A DNA stretch of 64,000 nt from Amoebidium appalachense (Eukaryota > Protista > Ichthyosporea): assembly GCA_963693365.1 (NCBI GenBank), contig CAVNZM010000006.1, positions 7,295,264 to 7,359,263 on the forward strand. The letters run 5' to 3'. A program made the translations under genes and the position numbers. Below are positions 25,000-42,140 of the stretch, piece by piece. Positions within the stretch are counted from its first letter, which is position 1. The number at the start of each line of letters is the position of its first letter. Under the pieces are notes generated by a model. That model made no database searches. It saw only the letters and a program-made list of their open reading frames with translations, and was not told the DNA's origin.

Positions 25000-26140
25000 C
25001 CCCTGTGCGGGCCACCTCTTCAGCAACCTTTTATGAGGTCGGCCCCTGTGAATGAGTCAACAACATGAAAGCACGTCTACACACATGCCTATCAGCACAG
25101 AATCAGACAATAGCAGAATGTGTCATCCCCCATGCATGTCCCCACACTGATGAATACGTAGGCGTAAGCACAAAAAACTGCACCAACACCCCTCACGTTT
25201 ACGTATATTACCCCTCCCCCCCCCCCCATCCTCCCCCCCCCCCCCCCCCCACCCCCCCCCCCCCCCTCCCCCCCTCCCCCCCCTTCCCCCCCCCTTCCCG
25301 TGCGCTGAAAAAAAAAAAAAGAAAGAAAGAAAGAAAAAGAAAAAAAGGCAAACAAAAAGAAGAAAGAAAGAAAATGATAGTGGTGAAAACTTACTCTTAA
25401 CCACTCTGAACCTCCGGCCCACAGTGGCCGGGCCTGTGACGGTCACCATTGGTCCAGAAGGTTCTACCAAAGCCCAGTTTCCTGCTACCGGCAACCCGGT
25501 TACATCATCCACCACTCACATTGATCCCAACACGGGAAAATGCGATTCTTCCGTCTCGGATTCTGTGAATTCTCATGTTACGGTGGTGGTTAACATGGGC
25601 GGAAAGGAGTGGGTTGAAGTGAAAGAGGAGCAGGAGAAAATAACAAAGGAGCTCCAAGAGATGAGAGAGGTGGCGGCTGCAAACGAGGCTGCAAGAATCG
25701 AGGAATGGAAGGAAATTAGAGAGGGACGCGAGAAGTTTGAGAGAGACCTTATGGAAGGAAAACAGATGCTGGTGGAAATGGAAGAAATGGCGGCAACGTG
25801 GAAAGAAATGAATGAGGATAAAAAGATGCTTAAGAGGGGACTGGAATATTTGAAAGAGGAACTCCGCGGAATAGAGGAGAGATGGGAAAAGCGCAACGAA
25901 ATAGAAGAGGGGCAGATGGTTGTAAAGAGGGAGGTCGAAGAATCGAAATGTTCTCACTCAGCAGATGAACAGAAACGGCAGGAATGCGAAAATACCCCAG
26001 CCATGCGTGGGTCTAGTTCCCCCTTAAACACAGAGGGTGTTAAGAGTGGTTCGTCCGTGGGTGCTTTTGACAAAGCGTGTGTTGCTGCGTGTGTGTTGGG
26101 GTCTATTGCGGTGTTGGTGAAGTATTGTACGCGGTTTTGA
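23148..26140 (+). CDS. Gene B: three-exon 356-aa protein with mitochondrial-type presequence, coiled coil and C-terminal hydrophobic tail
   Basis: Exons 23148-23422, 24198-24277 and 25425-26140 have canonical GT-AG borders and matching phases (1071 nt, open). The N-terminus MAFLFLRSFITFRALP..RAVRTFAT..QRGYCS is Arg/Ser/Phe-rich and acid-poor. An E/K-rich heptad region follows, and the C-terminus is ACVAACVLGSIAVLVKYCTRF*. Confidence 0.75.
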
Positions 26141-26746
26141 AAATGAAATGGGATGTGTGTGGTGATATCGATTGTTGTGTTTGGTTCGAGATTTTGCTTT
26201 AGATATTTTTAACTGCACCTTTTATGACTGAAATCCCGGGGGATTGAGCTATTCAAAGCAACCAATTGGTGGCATTCTTTGTCTGTCACATTGTGTGTGT
26301 GTGCCCGTGCGTGTGGGGTGTGTATTGGGGGATACTCATGGATAGGAATAAATAGATAGTGATTCTTTCTTTCTTTCTTACTTTCTTTTTCTTTTTCTTT
26401 TTCTTTTTCTTTTTCTTTCTTTTCTTTTTTTTTTTTGGAAGAGGAGGGGGGGGGGGGGGGGGGGGGAGGTACATAGTTGGGTTTTACGCTCTACTTCTAT
26501 TGGTACACTCTGGCGCAACAAAGAACAAAAGTGTGTGTCTGGCATCAGAGGTAAAGGGATTTGTAGAGTTAGTTGGTTGAACTAGGTTTGGTGGTGCTAG
26601 TTTAAAAGCGCACAAACTAGTTGCCTTGGCTAGCTGTCCTTTTTCCTGTTGATTTCCTTGCCCTCCCAGCCCTGTTGTGGGGATAGATGAAGGGGTGTCC
26701 TTGGCCATTAATCGCGTTAGGGATACTGTTTCCTTCTTTAGGGTAG

Positions 26747-26965
<219 letters not shown>

Positions 26966-27379
26966 GTACGTGCACTTACATGCACGCACACACACCATAG
27001 TTTTCATGGTTCGTTAGATGTCAATTAACAGTTATTCATACATATTCCTTTAGAGTATTTATTTTATTTTTTCAAAATAATAAACTCCCGTACTTGCCTC
27101 TGATTTCATGTCCATGAGTCTCGGGGAGCCACGACGGTAGCGAGAAATGGTCTTGCCTCCGGCAAGGGTACTTCACGGATTTAGATCGGCATGCAGGAAA
27201 CCCCCTGAACCACATTCCAAAGATGACGGTCATTTAGCCACATTCCAGAGGCTCGGGGCTCAGGTATTTACACCGGGCGCCTCTGATCAGCCCATCAGAT
27301 CATCAAGGAACGACAAGAATACACACAATTCAGCCACTACTGTACTACTATTCAACGTAAACACAAACACAAGGCAAAA

Positions 27380-28012
27380 ATGTTCGCCAGCAGCAATATC
27401 GTCTCCTCCCTCGCCCTCCTTGCCGCCAGCGCGTCTCTGGCATGTGTGATGGGCCAGTCCATCTTGCAGTGCACAATCGTGATTACACAGGGCTTCACGC
27501 TGCAGTCCGTCGAGATTTCAGTCCACAACCCCGCCACCTCCACCACAGAAACCCTCAAAGTCACGCCCAAGTCAGGCCAGGTCGCCTACGCAACCATCAA
27601 CGCACCGTACGGCCACCACGTCACCGTCAACTACGTCTTCAACCAGGCCACACTTTCTACCCCGCACAACGGCACCAACCTGGCCTACTCGGACACAGTC
27701 ACGTGGGTGGGGTTCATGCACAAAAACTACAACACGGGGGCGTGTTTGGATGCGTCTTCCCTCTCGCTGTACCTGCCAAGCGGTGGGCTGACGTATGCGG
27801 ACGAGCAGAGGGAAGACCCCTACACGGAGGGCATGGATGTTGCACACGCGGACAACAGCAGCCTGAGCACGGCCGCGAACGGGTTCCAGCTGGCGTTCCA
27901 CTGGTTCAACAGCACACTCTACCCCGGCACCTGTGAGCCCAACACCACCCACGGCACCGTGCCAGTGACGCAGTGCATCGTGGCGGATGTTCTCCTGGGC
28001 GTGGAACAATAA
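27380..28012 (+). CDS. Intronless secreted protein, 210 aa (copy 2, intact)
   Basis: Open ORF with a hydrophobic signal peptide (SSLALLAASASLACVMG|QS), several N-x-S/T sites and Cys residues, and GC-rich codon usage. No family recognised. Confidence 0.8.
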   Translation: MFASSNIVSSLALLAASASLACVMGQSILQCTIVITQGFTLQSVEISVHNPATSTTETLKVTPKSGQVAYATINAPYGHHVTVNYVFNQATLSTPHNGTNLAYSDTVTWVGFMHKNYNTGACLDASSLSLYLPSGGLTYADEQREDPYTEGMDVAHADNSSLSTAANGFQLAFHWFNSTLYPGTCEPNTTHGTVPVTQCIVADVLLGVEQ

Positions 28013-28577
28013 GCGTCGTGGCAGTGACCATATTATTGTACATTACTACTATATTAAATATGTAACTATACCGATATGTACCTTAAAAAACGGTTCATGG
28101 CTGGACGTACGTGGTCGTATGTGCAATATTTGGTGTACCAGAGGGCTGAACAGTTGCTACGGCATATTACATAGGCTTTGCATTTGGCTTGTGTTTCATG
28201 GGCGCATTCAAGCAATACACTATGTAATGTTGTGTAACATAGTAAATAATATGTAGAGGTTTTGTATAATAATAGCAGTTTGGAGCAAATTCCACGCTAA
28301 GGTCAGTCAGTATAGGGCTAAGGTCAGTACAGGGAGTCAAAAACTTCAGAGTTAATAAACTTTTACCAAAAAGAAATCAGTACATCTGACGCTCTTTGGG
28401 CGACAGAGACCTTGGCTCCTTGGACATTTTACAGTTGACGAGCAGGCACAGCTTTGGGTTCTGTTCAAATGAGCAAATCGAGCCCAGAGATATCATTCGG
28501 GTATGTAGCCGAGCCTCTGAACTGTTGACCGGTACGAAGAGGTAAAAGATGATCATGATCAATGCCAGGGATTTTTT

Positions 28578-28616
<39 letters not shown>

Positions 28617-29671
28617 GGGGGAGGGAGGGGAGGGAGGAGCATGGAGGGAAGGAGAGGGGGGAGAGGGGGATGATGTGAGCGATTGACAAATACTGAAGCA
28701 GTGCTTCAGATTGTTATAGCGGTCACGTGTATCGCCCATGGTATATATATATATATAATTATTTTCTGATGATGAAAGTGTACACTGAGAAGGCTCCATG
28801 AGCCACGGCACACATCAAGTGACTGAATCACATGCTTATGCTGTGGAAGGATGCAGATGCATGTGGGGATAAGTTTTGATTTTGTCAAAGCGTCCAAACA
28901 ACTGGTTATCTCATACATTCACCATTAAAACTCCCCGGCCATCTTCAAAACCTAAGGTAATTGACGTGGGAGGCAGCTTTTTCGGTTAGTGAAAAAAGGA
29001 TGATAAACGTATAAGACGTAAATAAAAATGATATAGGTAAAATCGGAGGAAAACTAAATTCATCGCAGGACGAAAAGGGGAAAGGAAAAAAAAAAAGTCA
29101 AAAAGAAAGAAAAGAAAGAAAGAAAAGAAAAAGCAAACAGTTAACAGTGGTTGCATTTACTCGGTGCATTCATCTGATGCCTCAGCTAACTGTCAAAGTA
29201 GAAGAGTCAACAAGCCACATCTCTCTTCCTCCCTCCCTCCCTTTATCCCTCCATCCCCCACCCCCCCTACCGTAACTCCCTCCCTTCCTCCGTCCCTCCC
29301 TCCTTCCCTCCCTCCCTCCCTCCCTCCCTCCCTCCCTCCCTCCCTCCCTCCCTCCCTCCCTACCTCTCCCTCCCTCCATCTCTCTCTCATTCTCTCCCTC
29401 CCTCCCTCCATCCCTCCCTCCCTCCCTCCCTCCCTCCCTCCCTCCCTTCCCTCCCTCCCTCCCTCACTCACTCACTCCCTCCCTCCCTACCTCTCCCTCC
29501 CTCCATCTCTCTCTCATTCTCTCCCTCCCTCCCTCCCTCCCTCCCTCCCTCCCTCCCTCCCTCCCTCCCTCCCTCCCTCCCTTCCCTCCCTCCCTCCCTC
29601 CCTCCCTCCCTCCCTCCCTCCCTCCCTCCCTCCCTCCCTCCCTCCCTCCCTCCCTCCCTCCCTCCCTCCCT

Positions 29672-29747
<76 letters not shown>

Positions 29748-29845
29748 TCATGGTTTGATCTGAGAGCATTACAATGTTTGCCCAACCACAGAACTTAGAA
29801 AAATTCGTGGTACCCATACGGCGTGTTGTGTTTATAAGGTGCACA

Positions 29846-29912
<67 letters not shown>

Positions 29913-30054
29913 GCGCACACACGCAAGCACATATGCACACACGCACACACGCACACACGGACACGCACACACAAACACAAACACGTTGCCGCGCGCACAT
30001 ACACAACACGCACGCACGCACGCACGCACGCACACGCACACGCACGCACACACG

Positions 30055-30128
<74 letters not shown>

Positions 30129-30236
30129 AGCGCGGACTCATAAACGCATGCATCCATCATGCTTCCGAAACTCCTCAGACACACACACGTTACACAGAAC
30201 GCAGGTAGTGGGGAGAGGGGGGGGGGAGGGGGGCGG

Positions 30237-30319
<83 letters not shown>

Positions 30320-30352
30320 TAACTATGCTCCTCTTTCTCACTCCATTCCCAG

Positions 30353-32920
<2,568 letters not shown>

Positions 32921-32935
32921 GGGGAGGAAGGGGTT

Positions 32936-32966
<31 letters not shown>

Positions 32967-33937
32967 GGGATGGGGGGAGGGAGGGGGGGGGGGGGGGGGG
33001 GGGGGGTGGTTGCAACATACAAATCTTGAGGTTCGGCCGCTTTTCGTAATGTATTTTACTGAATGACATTTTTGTGTTTATCTCCGAAAAGCATTGGAAC
33101 TTTTAACCTGCCTCGGTGATTTCGAATATTTTAGTATGGAAGTGTGCTCTTTTAGTGTATCCCCTATAATGTATTGGTGTTAGAATGATACCCCGCTTTG
33201 GTGATGAGTGCTATGTGTGCAAAGTGTCTTATAAACTTCATTATTTGTCCTTGCACTTTGGATTTTGAATAGTAAAGATTGGTTTTTAAGATTGTCTTTG
33301 ATCGTTAAATTTTATATGGCATCTGTGCAGTTTCTTTCGGCAAGGCACTTTTTGAAACGTTAGTATTATTATATACTTCCATTGACCGCATGTGAAACTG
33401 TTGTATGTTTATAGAGCTTTCGTGGGTACTAATGATTATCTCTGAATGAAGTTGTAATTCGTCTATAGGAAAGACTTTCATTTATATTTGAAATCTATAT
33501 GGCAACTGTACAGTTTCTTTTAGCCATGTACGTTCAAACGTTAATATTACTTCTATAGACTGCGTGTTAAACCATCATATGTTTGAAGAATTTTCTTGGG
33601 TATATGATCACCTGAGTCGTCATTTTGTTAGTTGTATCTCATTTATTTAGATATCTGTGATATCTCGTCTGTACAATTTTTAGGGTATGTCAACAAGCTC
33701 ATTTAAGAAAATCGTGCAAACACACTCTGGGGTGTGCACGCTGTGTTTTGGCAGTGGACTCTTTTTATTGCTATTGGTGATACATCCGACTTTATATATT
33801 GTAGACCGCATGATACCGATATTGGCTTGCCCGAATAAGGCAATCCCCCGAATATTTACACAAGTACAAAATTAAAATAGCACTTAGAAGTATGTACCGC
33901 AAAAGGCGAGGTGGTAACCCCCCCCCCCCCTCCCCCC

Positions 33938-34050
<113 letters not shown>

Positions 34051-34115
34051 AACGGTTAATATTATCTTAAACTGTATGCAAAGTTTGTGTGTGCGTGACC
34101 GACGTTATTGCAAAC

Positions 34116-35040
34116 TCATTTGGATGAGACAAAATTCTCTCGTGATATACACAAAAAAATACGACGCTCTGATATGAATTGAAAGCTACTATCAAAAGGG
34201 AATTGAAATATTACCGTGTGATATACTTCACCAACCACCGCAATGGGTGAACCACCCTTAACACCCTCGGTGTTTAAGGGGGAACTAGGCTCACTCACGG
34301 GTGGGGTATTTTCGCATTTCTTCCCTTTCTCTGGCGTTGCCGAGTGCTCACGTTTCGAATCTTCGACCTCCCTCTTTACTTCCGTTTCTTTGTACTTTCC
34401 CCATTTCTCGTCCATTTTCCGATGTTCCTCTTTCAGATATTCCAATGCCCTCTTAAGCATCTTTTTATCCTAGTTCATTTCTTTCCACGATGCTGATATT
34501 TCTTCCATTGCGGCCAGCGCCTGTCTTCCTTCCATAAGCTCTCTCTCAATCTTCTCTCTCTCAATCTTCTCTCGTCCCTCTCTTATTTCCTTCCGAACTT
34601 CATCGATGCTAACAGCCTCGTTTGCAGCCGCCGCCTCTCTCATCGCTTCGAGCTCCCTCTTAGTTTTCCCTTGCTTCTCTTTCACTTCATCCTGCCCCTC
34701 TCCGCCCACGTTAACCACTACTGTAACATGAGAATTCTCAAAATTCGAGGCGGAAGGATCGCCTTTCCCCGTGTTGGGATCAATCTGAGTGGTGGATGAT
34801 GTGGCCAGGTTGCCGGTAGCAGGAAACTGGGCTTTTGTAGAACTTTCTGGACGAATGGTGGCCGTCACAGGCCCGGCCACTGAGGGACGATATTTGGATT
34901 AAGTTTTCGGGTATCTTCTCTCTTTTCTTCTTTTTTCTTTCTTCTTTTTTTGTTTCCGATGATGGGGGGCCTTGGGGGCCAAGACAAAGTGCATGGTTTT
35001 CTTTATAAAGCATTTTTTGTTGTGTTTTTTGCGCCCACAA

Positions 35041-35079
<39 letters not shown>

Positions 35080-35237
35080 GTTTACTGCCGGCTATGGGAG
35101 AAACGTTACGGGGATTTAGGGAAATCCCGGTAGCTGCATGCAACAAATCATCTTTTTACTTATCCCCCCCCCCCCCCCCCCCCCCACCCCCACCCCCCAC
35201 CTCCCCTTCTCCCCCCTCTCTCCCCCTCCCACTCACT

Positions 35238-35269
<32 letters not shown>

Positions 35270-35716
35270 GATCAAAAGATTCCACAGCCAATTAGTAAGG
35301 GTGGAATGATTAGTGTAGGGGCTTTATAGGGAGCTGGCGGAGGCACGGAGGGGGGAGGGGGGGTATTCGGAAGGGTGGCATATGTGTGGGTGGGTGGGGG
35401 GTGGGGGGGGGGGAATAGGGAGAGAGAGGTTTCAAAGAGGGGGGCAAGAGGGGGAAGGGGGGGGGGGGGGGGGGGGGGGAGTGTTAGTGTACCTGTGTCT
35501 TTCTTTGCAAGCTCTTGGGCCCCAAGGGTGGTCTCAGTGGGGGATGGCGTGCCCGGATGGGGTGTCAGGGGGCTGTGCGGGAAGACATAGTAGTAATACT
35601 GGACATGGACTTATGATACAAAATACAACGGTTATGCCCCTCCTTTCATATTCCCCCTTATCACTGCCATTTCCGTAGAGAATCCCCCCTCCCTCCCGAT
35701 GCTACTCTTCCTCTTC

Positions 35717-35747
<31 letters not shown>

Positions 35748-36212
35748 AAAAAAAAAACCTCGCCCCCCCCCCCCCCCCCCCCCCCCCACTCCCTTCTTTC
35801 CTTTTCGTGGTTTTACTTTCAAAATTTGCCCCGAATTGCACATAGTTGTGGATTCAAAATAGAAGCCCATATGAGGTTGTGACGAACAAAAAGAAGCCAA
35901 AAAAATACACGTGTAACCTATTTTGGTAACAAACCACACCCACCTGTCCGTTTTTTCCGTTGCGTGGGTTTTTTCAGAGCAATATCCCCTCCGCACAACA
36001 CTTGCACTCTCGCTCTGAGCCGTATTAAGCGGGGTTGCAAAAGTGCGTAAAGTAGGTTGAAAAATTCGAATAGGGTTGGGTTCTTGTGGATTATGTGGTA
36101 GTATTTAGGTGGCTAGAGACAGAGTTCGTGTCTGGAAGGGAAACGCTGAGCGGTGAATAGAAGGAGGGATGGACCGAAGTATGGTGAAAGAACGAAGAAA
36201 GAAAGAGGCCAT
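34116..36212 (-). pseudogene. Gene B', disabled copy
   Basis: Exons 36212-35944, 35572-35493 (80 nt, as in B) and 34879-~34116. Premature TAA at codon 36 (36107-36105) and TAG at 34472-34470 where B has GAG. Confidence 0.8.
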
Positions 36213-36772
36213 TTTGCGGGGTGTGTGTGTGTGGGTTGATATGGAGATTTGGAAGGTAGGGTAGGTGTGCACGTCGGTTCTGTTCTCTCTCTCTCTCGGT
36301 ATTTTGTGCTCTACACTTCTTTTGTTTTCTTTTTATTATTTCTTTTTTTTCTCCTCTCTTTTTTCTCTCCTTCTTCTCCTTTCTTTTTACCCCTTCTTCT
36401 CCTTTTCTTTTTCTTCTTCGTCAGCTTTTTCTTCCTTCTTCCTTCTTTTTTTCCTCTTCGTCTTTCTTTCTTCTTCTCCTTTTTTCCTTCTTCTTTTTGT
36501 GCCTTCTTTTTTTCCCTTCTTTCTTCCTTTCTTTTTTTTGTTCTGCTTCTTTTATTTCCTTCTTACTTCCCTTCTTTTTTCTTTTTTTCTTCTTTCTTTT
36601 TTCTCCCTTTCTTTCTTCCTTTCCTTTTCCTTTTCTCCCTATGACCGGCTTCTTCTTTTGGAAAGCTCCGCAACGTTAAGGGCTGAAAGTAGCTTCGGTT
36701 GTTGTTTCGTTACTGAAATTCCTTGTTTTATTTTCTTTTTCTTCTTTTTTTGCACTTGCGTTGGACTTTGAG

Positions 36773-36828
<56 letters not shown>

Positions 36829-37829
36829 ACGAGGTGCGCTATGCCACACACAGCATCAAAACCGAAACGGAGCTGAAACTATCGTATCGGCTTACGTCCG
36901 TCGGCTATTTTAAGCAATGGCCCCAAAAATACACGATCGTACGTGTGAGCATGTGGTATATGCAGGATCGAACGTGTTTATATGGATGGTGACAGATGGC
37001 TGTGGCTTTCTCAAATGTCAAAGGGCACCAGATTACAGCTACAACTTTGCACCTCCACTCAAGCACATGTTGTTAGCTCTTCCGGATTTCCTCTTCAAAA
37101 AAAGAAAGAAAGAAAGAAAAAGAAAAGAAAAGAAAAGAAAAGAAAAAAATCATGTCGGTACCTGAACTTCTTTCCGAGTCTCCATTTTTGGGGGTTGAAG
37201 TAGGTAGGAACCCGTAGGCAACGAACAGAGGGAGGAAAGGGAGAGGTGGGGGGAAAAAAGAAAGTAAAAAGAGTGGAGCTGTGAAAGTAAATGTTACACC
37301 CACCACCATGACTCCATTCTTCCCTACCACAGCTCCTGTCCGAACATTTCCATCTCTTCTTGCCCCCCGCATGCCCCACCACACACAACCCCTCACACGG
37401 TTTCTCACGACGGTCACTAGACCCACTCCTCTTCTCTGGCACTCACAAAAAAACTCAACTAGTCTCCACTCAACTGCTTCCCCGAGTTCTCCCACGTTTG
37501 CGCAGACATCGGATTGTGCTGTTACAACTGCGTCTGTGACACAGAGAGGGTACTGCAGCGGTAAAAACACAAAGACAGACACGGGCAGGTGGGTGCACAC
37601 GTCGTGTTTTAACGTATGGCAGCCATGGTCTTGTTGGCTTTGGCCTTTCAGTTTTTTTTTTTTTTTTTTTTTGTAGTTTTCTTGTGAAGGTGGGGGGGAA
37701 GGGGGGGGGGGGGGGGGGATAGGGATGCAGAAGGGGGGGGGGGGGGGGGGGAGGGGGGAGAAGGGGGGGGGGGGGGGGGGGGGGGAGTTGGAATGGCTGA
37801 AGCAGCCTAACGATATAGCCCAGGTTTTT

Positions 37830-37860
<31 letters not shown>

Positions 37861-38693
37861 GGAAAGAGATGGAGATGGAGGAGGGGGGTTGGAGGGGGAG
37901 GGGGGGCGGGGAGGAGAGAGGGTTGGAACAGCCCAAAAATACAACATTTTTCTTTTCCTGTTCCTCTTCCTTTTTCTTTTCCTTTCTCTTTTTCGTTTCT
38001 TTTCTTTTCTTTTCTCCCCCCCCCCCCCCCCCCCCCCCTTCCCAACTCTCCCCTCCTCCCCTGTTTTTTTTTAAAAAAAAAAGAAAAATTGTAAAAGCAC
38101 AATTCTCCGACGCAGTTTTTTGGGGGTTATCTAGATTGGTAATTAAAAAGGTTTGTGATCGGAGCAGTATTTGTGGGGATGTTTAAATAGAAAGGAGAAC
38201 GGGCAGGTTTATCGCTAGAGCTGGGTCATTGAAGCTAAGAAAAGAGAGAAGGGAGGAGGAGGAGGAGGGGGGGGGGGGGGGGAGAAAGGAGGCCTGTCAA
38301 AACCTACAGGAGGGGGGGGGGGGGGGGGGGGGGGGGGGAATGGGTGTTACAATACCAAAAACACTCAAACATAAAGGTATGTGACCGACGAACCCATAAC
38401 CACAATAAGCTTAAGAAGTTAAAAAGTTAAAATTTAAAAAAAAACTAACTAACTTGGCATAGAATTTTTGCTTTTACATATTGGGGGGGTGCGGGAGAGT
38501 GAAGATGGGGAAGCCTCGATTGTACGGCCGGTTCCACATAGCAGACCCCCCTAATCACTCCCCATACCCCCCCCCCAACTCCACACCCCCTCCACACGCA
38601 CATACACACTCACCTCCATCCCCCCATCCCCCCCCCCCCCCCCCCCTCCCCACTCCCCCTACCTTCCGAAAAAAGAATGACCCTGCCCTCCCC

Positions 38694-38754
<61 letters not shown>

Positions 38755-38832
38755 AGACAAACACATACTGCCCACCCGCCCGTTTGAGAGGCCGCTTCTC
38801 TCTTCTCTTCCTCGAACTTTCCCAGTCCCACC

Positions 38833-38866
<34 letters not shown>

Positions 38867-40466
38867 TTTCTTTCCCCCCCCCCCCCCCCCCCCCCATTTT
38901 ACCGCAAAACCATTCCCCTCTTCCCTCCCAACCCCCTCCCCCTCCCCCCCCCCCTTTCCCCCCCCCAAACTCCCCCTACCCCCCCCCCCCCCCCCCCCCA
39001 ACTCCCCCCCCCTCCCTTCCCCCTCCCCTTCCCCCCCCCAGGGCACCAATTCTACGCATTTTCCTCTCAGCCCTCCATGATTACAGTCATGTTTTGTTGA
39101 TAATGTCCTAACTGGGTTTGTTCCCCAGCCCCGCCACCAACCACAAGTCATCCCTCTCTTCCACCGACACCGCAAACTCCAACTCGAATGGAGATCTTGC
39201 GAGTCTCAAAGACGCAGGTACGCACCTCTTTCTTTACACAGAACCCCCCTCCCCCCCCCCCCCCCCCCCCCCCTCCCCCCTCCCCACTAAAAAACAAAAA
39301 CAACGTGTTCTTCTATTTAATAAAGACATTCTTCTACCTTATAATGTGCTTCCTATGCCTCCTTCGAAATAATAGACAGCTGCAATCACACCTGAGTATG
39401 CTGGGGAAATTTCAAGTGTGTGTGGGTGTGTGTGTGTAGTGTGTGTGTGTGTGTGTGCGTGTGTACTTGCGTGCGTGCGTGTGTGTGTGTGTGTACGTGC
39501 GTGCGCATGCTGCGTGTGCGTGTGCGCGTGCGCATGCGTGTGCACGTGCGCATGCGTGTGCACGTGCGTGTGTGTGTGCGTGCGTGTGCGTGTGCGTGCC
39601 CATGTGCGTAAATGATTACCCGCACACGGTGCCAGCAGGCCTTTTGCAAGTCTTTCCCGTCCTCCCCCTCCCCCCCCCCCCCCCCCCCTCCCCCTTCCTC
39701 CCCCCCCCCTCCCCCTCGCGAGCCAATCGTAGTTATCACCCACCACACTAGGGTATCTGGGGATTTGCAGTAAATAAATTCGTGCAATGTAGAAATTCCA
39801 GGGATTATCAATGCACATGCCCCCTTGTATCTGACTGAGATTTTTTGTTTTCTTTCAGTGACTGTGACTATCACCAGTGGTTCCAAAAATCCCATCAAGA
39901 TTTTCATCAAATGCACCCCGCCTACACCACCCATAATCCCCTCCGGCCCAGATACGGAAAAAATTAAAGGTGACGAGAGCACGTGTGATATGAAAGCTAC
40001 AAACGAGGAAGATGAAAAGAGGTGTGTTGAATTTAAGGAGGAGCAGGAGAGAGTGAAAGAGGAGGTGAAAGAGCTGAGAGCCACTGTGAATGCTGCAAAC
40101 GAGGTGATCGCAAAAGAAATTGAGAAAATAAAGGAGGAAAACCGGAAACTAAAGAGGGAGCTGGAGAGCATGAACTTTGTTGTGGCCAAAAAGGAGGAAA
40201 AAACGGAACTGTGGATGTCAGAAACGAGGGAGTGGCAGAAGAAATTACAGAGTGAGGTTGGGGAGTTCAGCCGCCTGTTTCGGATCGTGAAAAATCTATT
40301 CACGTGATGTTATATCTTAGACTGTTCATTGGGAGCGATGAAGAGATGAATTATGGTTGCATATCTGACTCTGTTACGGTATATGGGCTAGTGGTTTTTC
40401 TCTGCACCTTAAACACAGGCACATCTTAGGGATATATGACAAATGTGCTCAATCGAATGATCATCT

Positions 40467-40511
<45 letters not shown>

Positions 40512-41005
40512 AAAAAAAGAAAAGAAAGAAAGAAAGAAAGAAGGAAAGAAAGAAAGAAAGAGAACCTAGTGTGCATGTGGATCGGTTTGTTATTTACGGA
40601 CAGCCCTATCATTCAGAGCGGCTAATGCAACAACTGTTTTTTTCCCGCTTTTTATCATCTCAATTTTTATTTTATTTTTATTTTTTGCATCAATGATATG
40701 TCGATCTTATACCATTTTACTTATATATGCCACTGTGTTATTCGTTTATGGTCTCTTTTTGGTGTGTGTTCCGGCCACACCTGAGCCTGATATATCAACC
40801 GTACAAGTTCAACCCAATCCCTTGTTTAGGTTCCTATTATAACCTCGAGACTCGATGGTAAACTTGTGAAATGACTTGCCGTTGGTTTGGCAGGCGCTCA
40901 AATGCAAGCAAAAATTTATCCCCAAAGGGAAAGGGGAAACAGGTTAAACGCCAATTGCTCACATCCCGTCCCTGCCCCCACCTCTCCCCCCCACCCCCCC
41001 TCTCT

Positions 41006-41040
<35 letters not shown>

Positions 41041-41490
41041 ACCCCACGCACACACACACACACAGACACCACCCACCCACCCACCCACACGCCCATGCCG
41101 GTTTTATCTTTTTCCCCCTTCGTCCCAGTTACTGTTTCCTCTGCTATCTGATGATATAAGGGACCCAAAAGACTTAGTTGTGTGCATGTTTGCTTGTCAA
41201 CACAACAGATCAACCGATTCAAAATCTCTGCCCCTCCGAGATCACTTCATAGACGTGCCGTTTTCTCCGGTTAAGTGTATTAACACTCTGATGTTTGAAA
41301 AGTTCCCTTCCCACTTGATCTAATGATGCTGTGGGAGCCGTCAAATTTGAAGCTTTAAATATTAATATGCCACTACACACCGTCTGTAAGGAGCTCCGGA
41401 TGTGTCGATATCTGCCACCCTATGCATGAGCCATGCAATAAATACATACTATAGTACATTCACAAATGGATTTATGCACAACATTACACA
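34150..41490. repeat. Right arm of the inverted segmental duplication
   Basis: Reverse-complement homology to 17920-26200 across genes, introns and intergenic DNA. Confidence 0.85.
37308..40307 (+). CDS. Gene A': three-exon 272-aa coiled-coil protein with mitochondrial-type presequence
   Basis: Exons 37308-37588 (caccaccATG), 39129-39217 and 39859-40307 have GT-AG borders and the same intron phases (2 and 1) as gene B; 819 nt, open. Shares QRGYCS.K, KD.|V and VTVTI with gene B, and has a C-terminal E/K coiled coil. Confidence 0.75.
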
Positions 41491-41804
41491 TGTCAGTTCA
41501 GACAACTTAAGGCAACCCGTGGGGCAACTCGTCGCTCTACCGCATCATGTGCCTGGCCCCCATCAACGGGTCATTGATCAAGGAGCGCCTCGGCAAGTTC
41601 AAGACCCTCAACGTGGGCCCCCCCCCCCCCCCCCCTTGAGAAACTCATTCTCTTCGGAGGTGTAGGAGCACCCCTAGTGATGGGATCTGGCTAACTGTTC
41701 CTTGCTTTGCATATTCCTTGCCGAGATATTTGTTTCTGTTTCTGTTTCTTTTTTTTCCCCGTTAATTATTATTTTTTTTCTTACCTTTTTTTTTGTGCAA
41801 GTGG

Positions 41805-41839
<35 letters not shown>

Positions 41840-42140
41840 CCCCAAAGAATGTACGCATCAATATGCACACATGATTTACCCACACCCAAACCTGACCCCC
41901 TGAAGGTGGGCAGCCCAGCAACTTCTTTACCACATATTGTTATACAGTGTACCTTCAACCTTATGTTGGTGTAAATTCTCATCAACCATCCCCCCTCTCC
42001 GAGTCTCCCCCCCCTCCCCCCCCCCCCTCCTTTCTCAACGTCTCGCACACCTCCCCTATATTACACACACACCACTCCCCATTCACACACGCACACACAC
42101 ACACACACACATAGATTTGCACACACACACTCACACACAG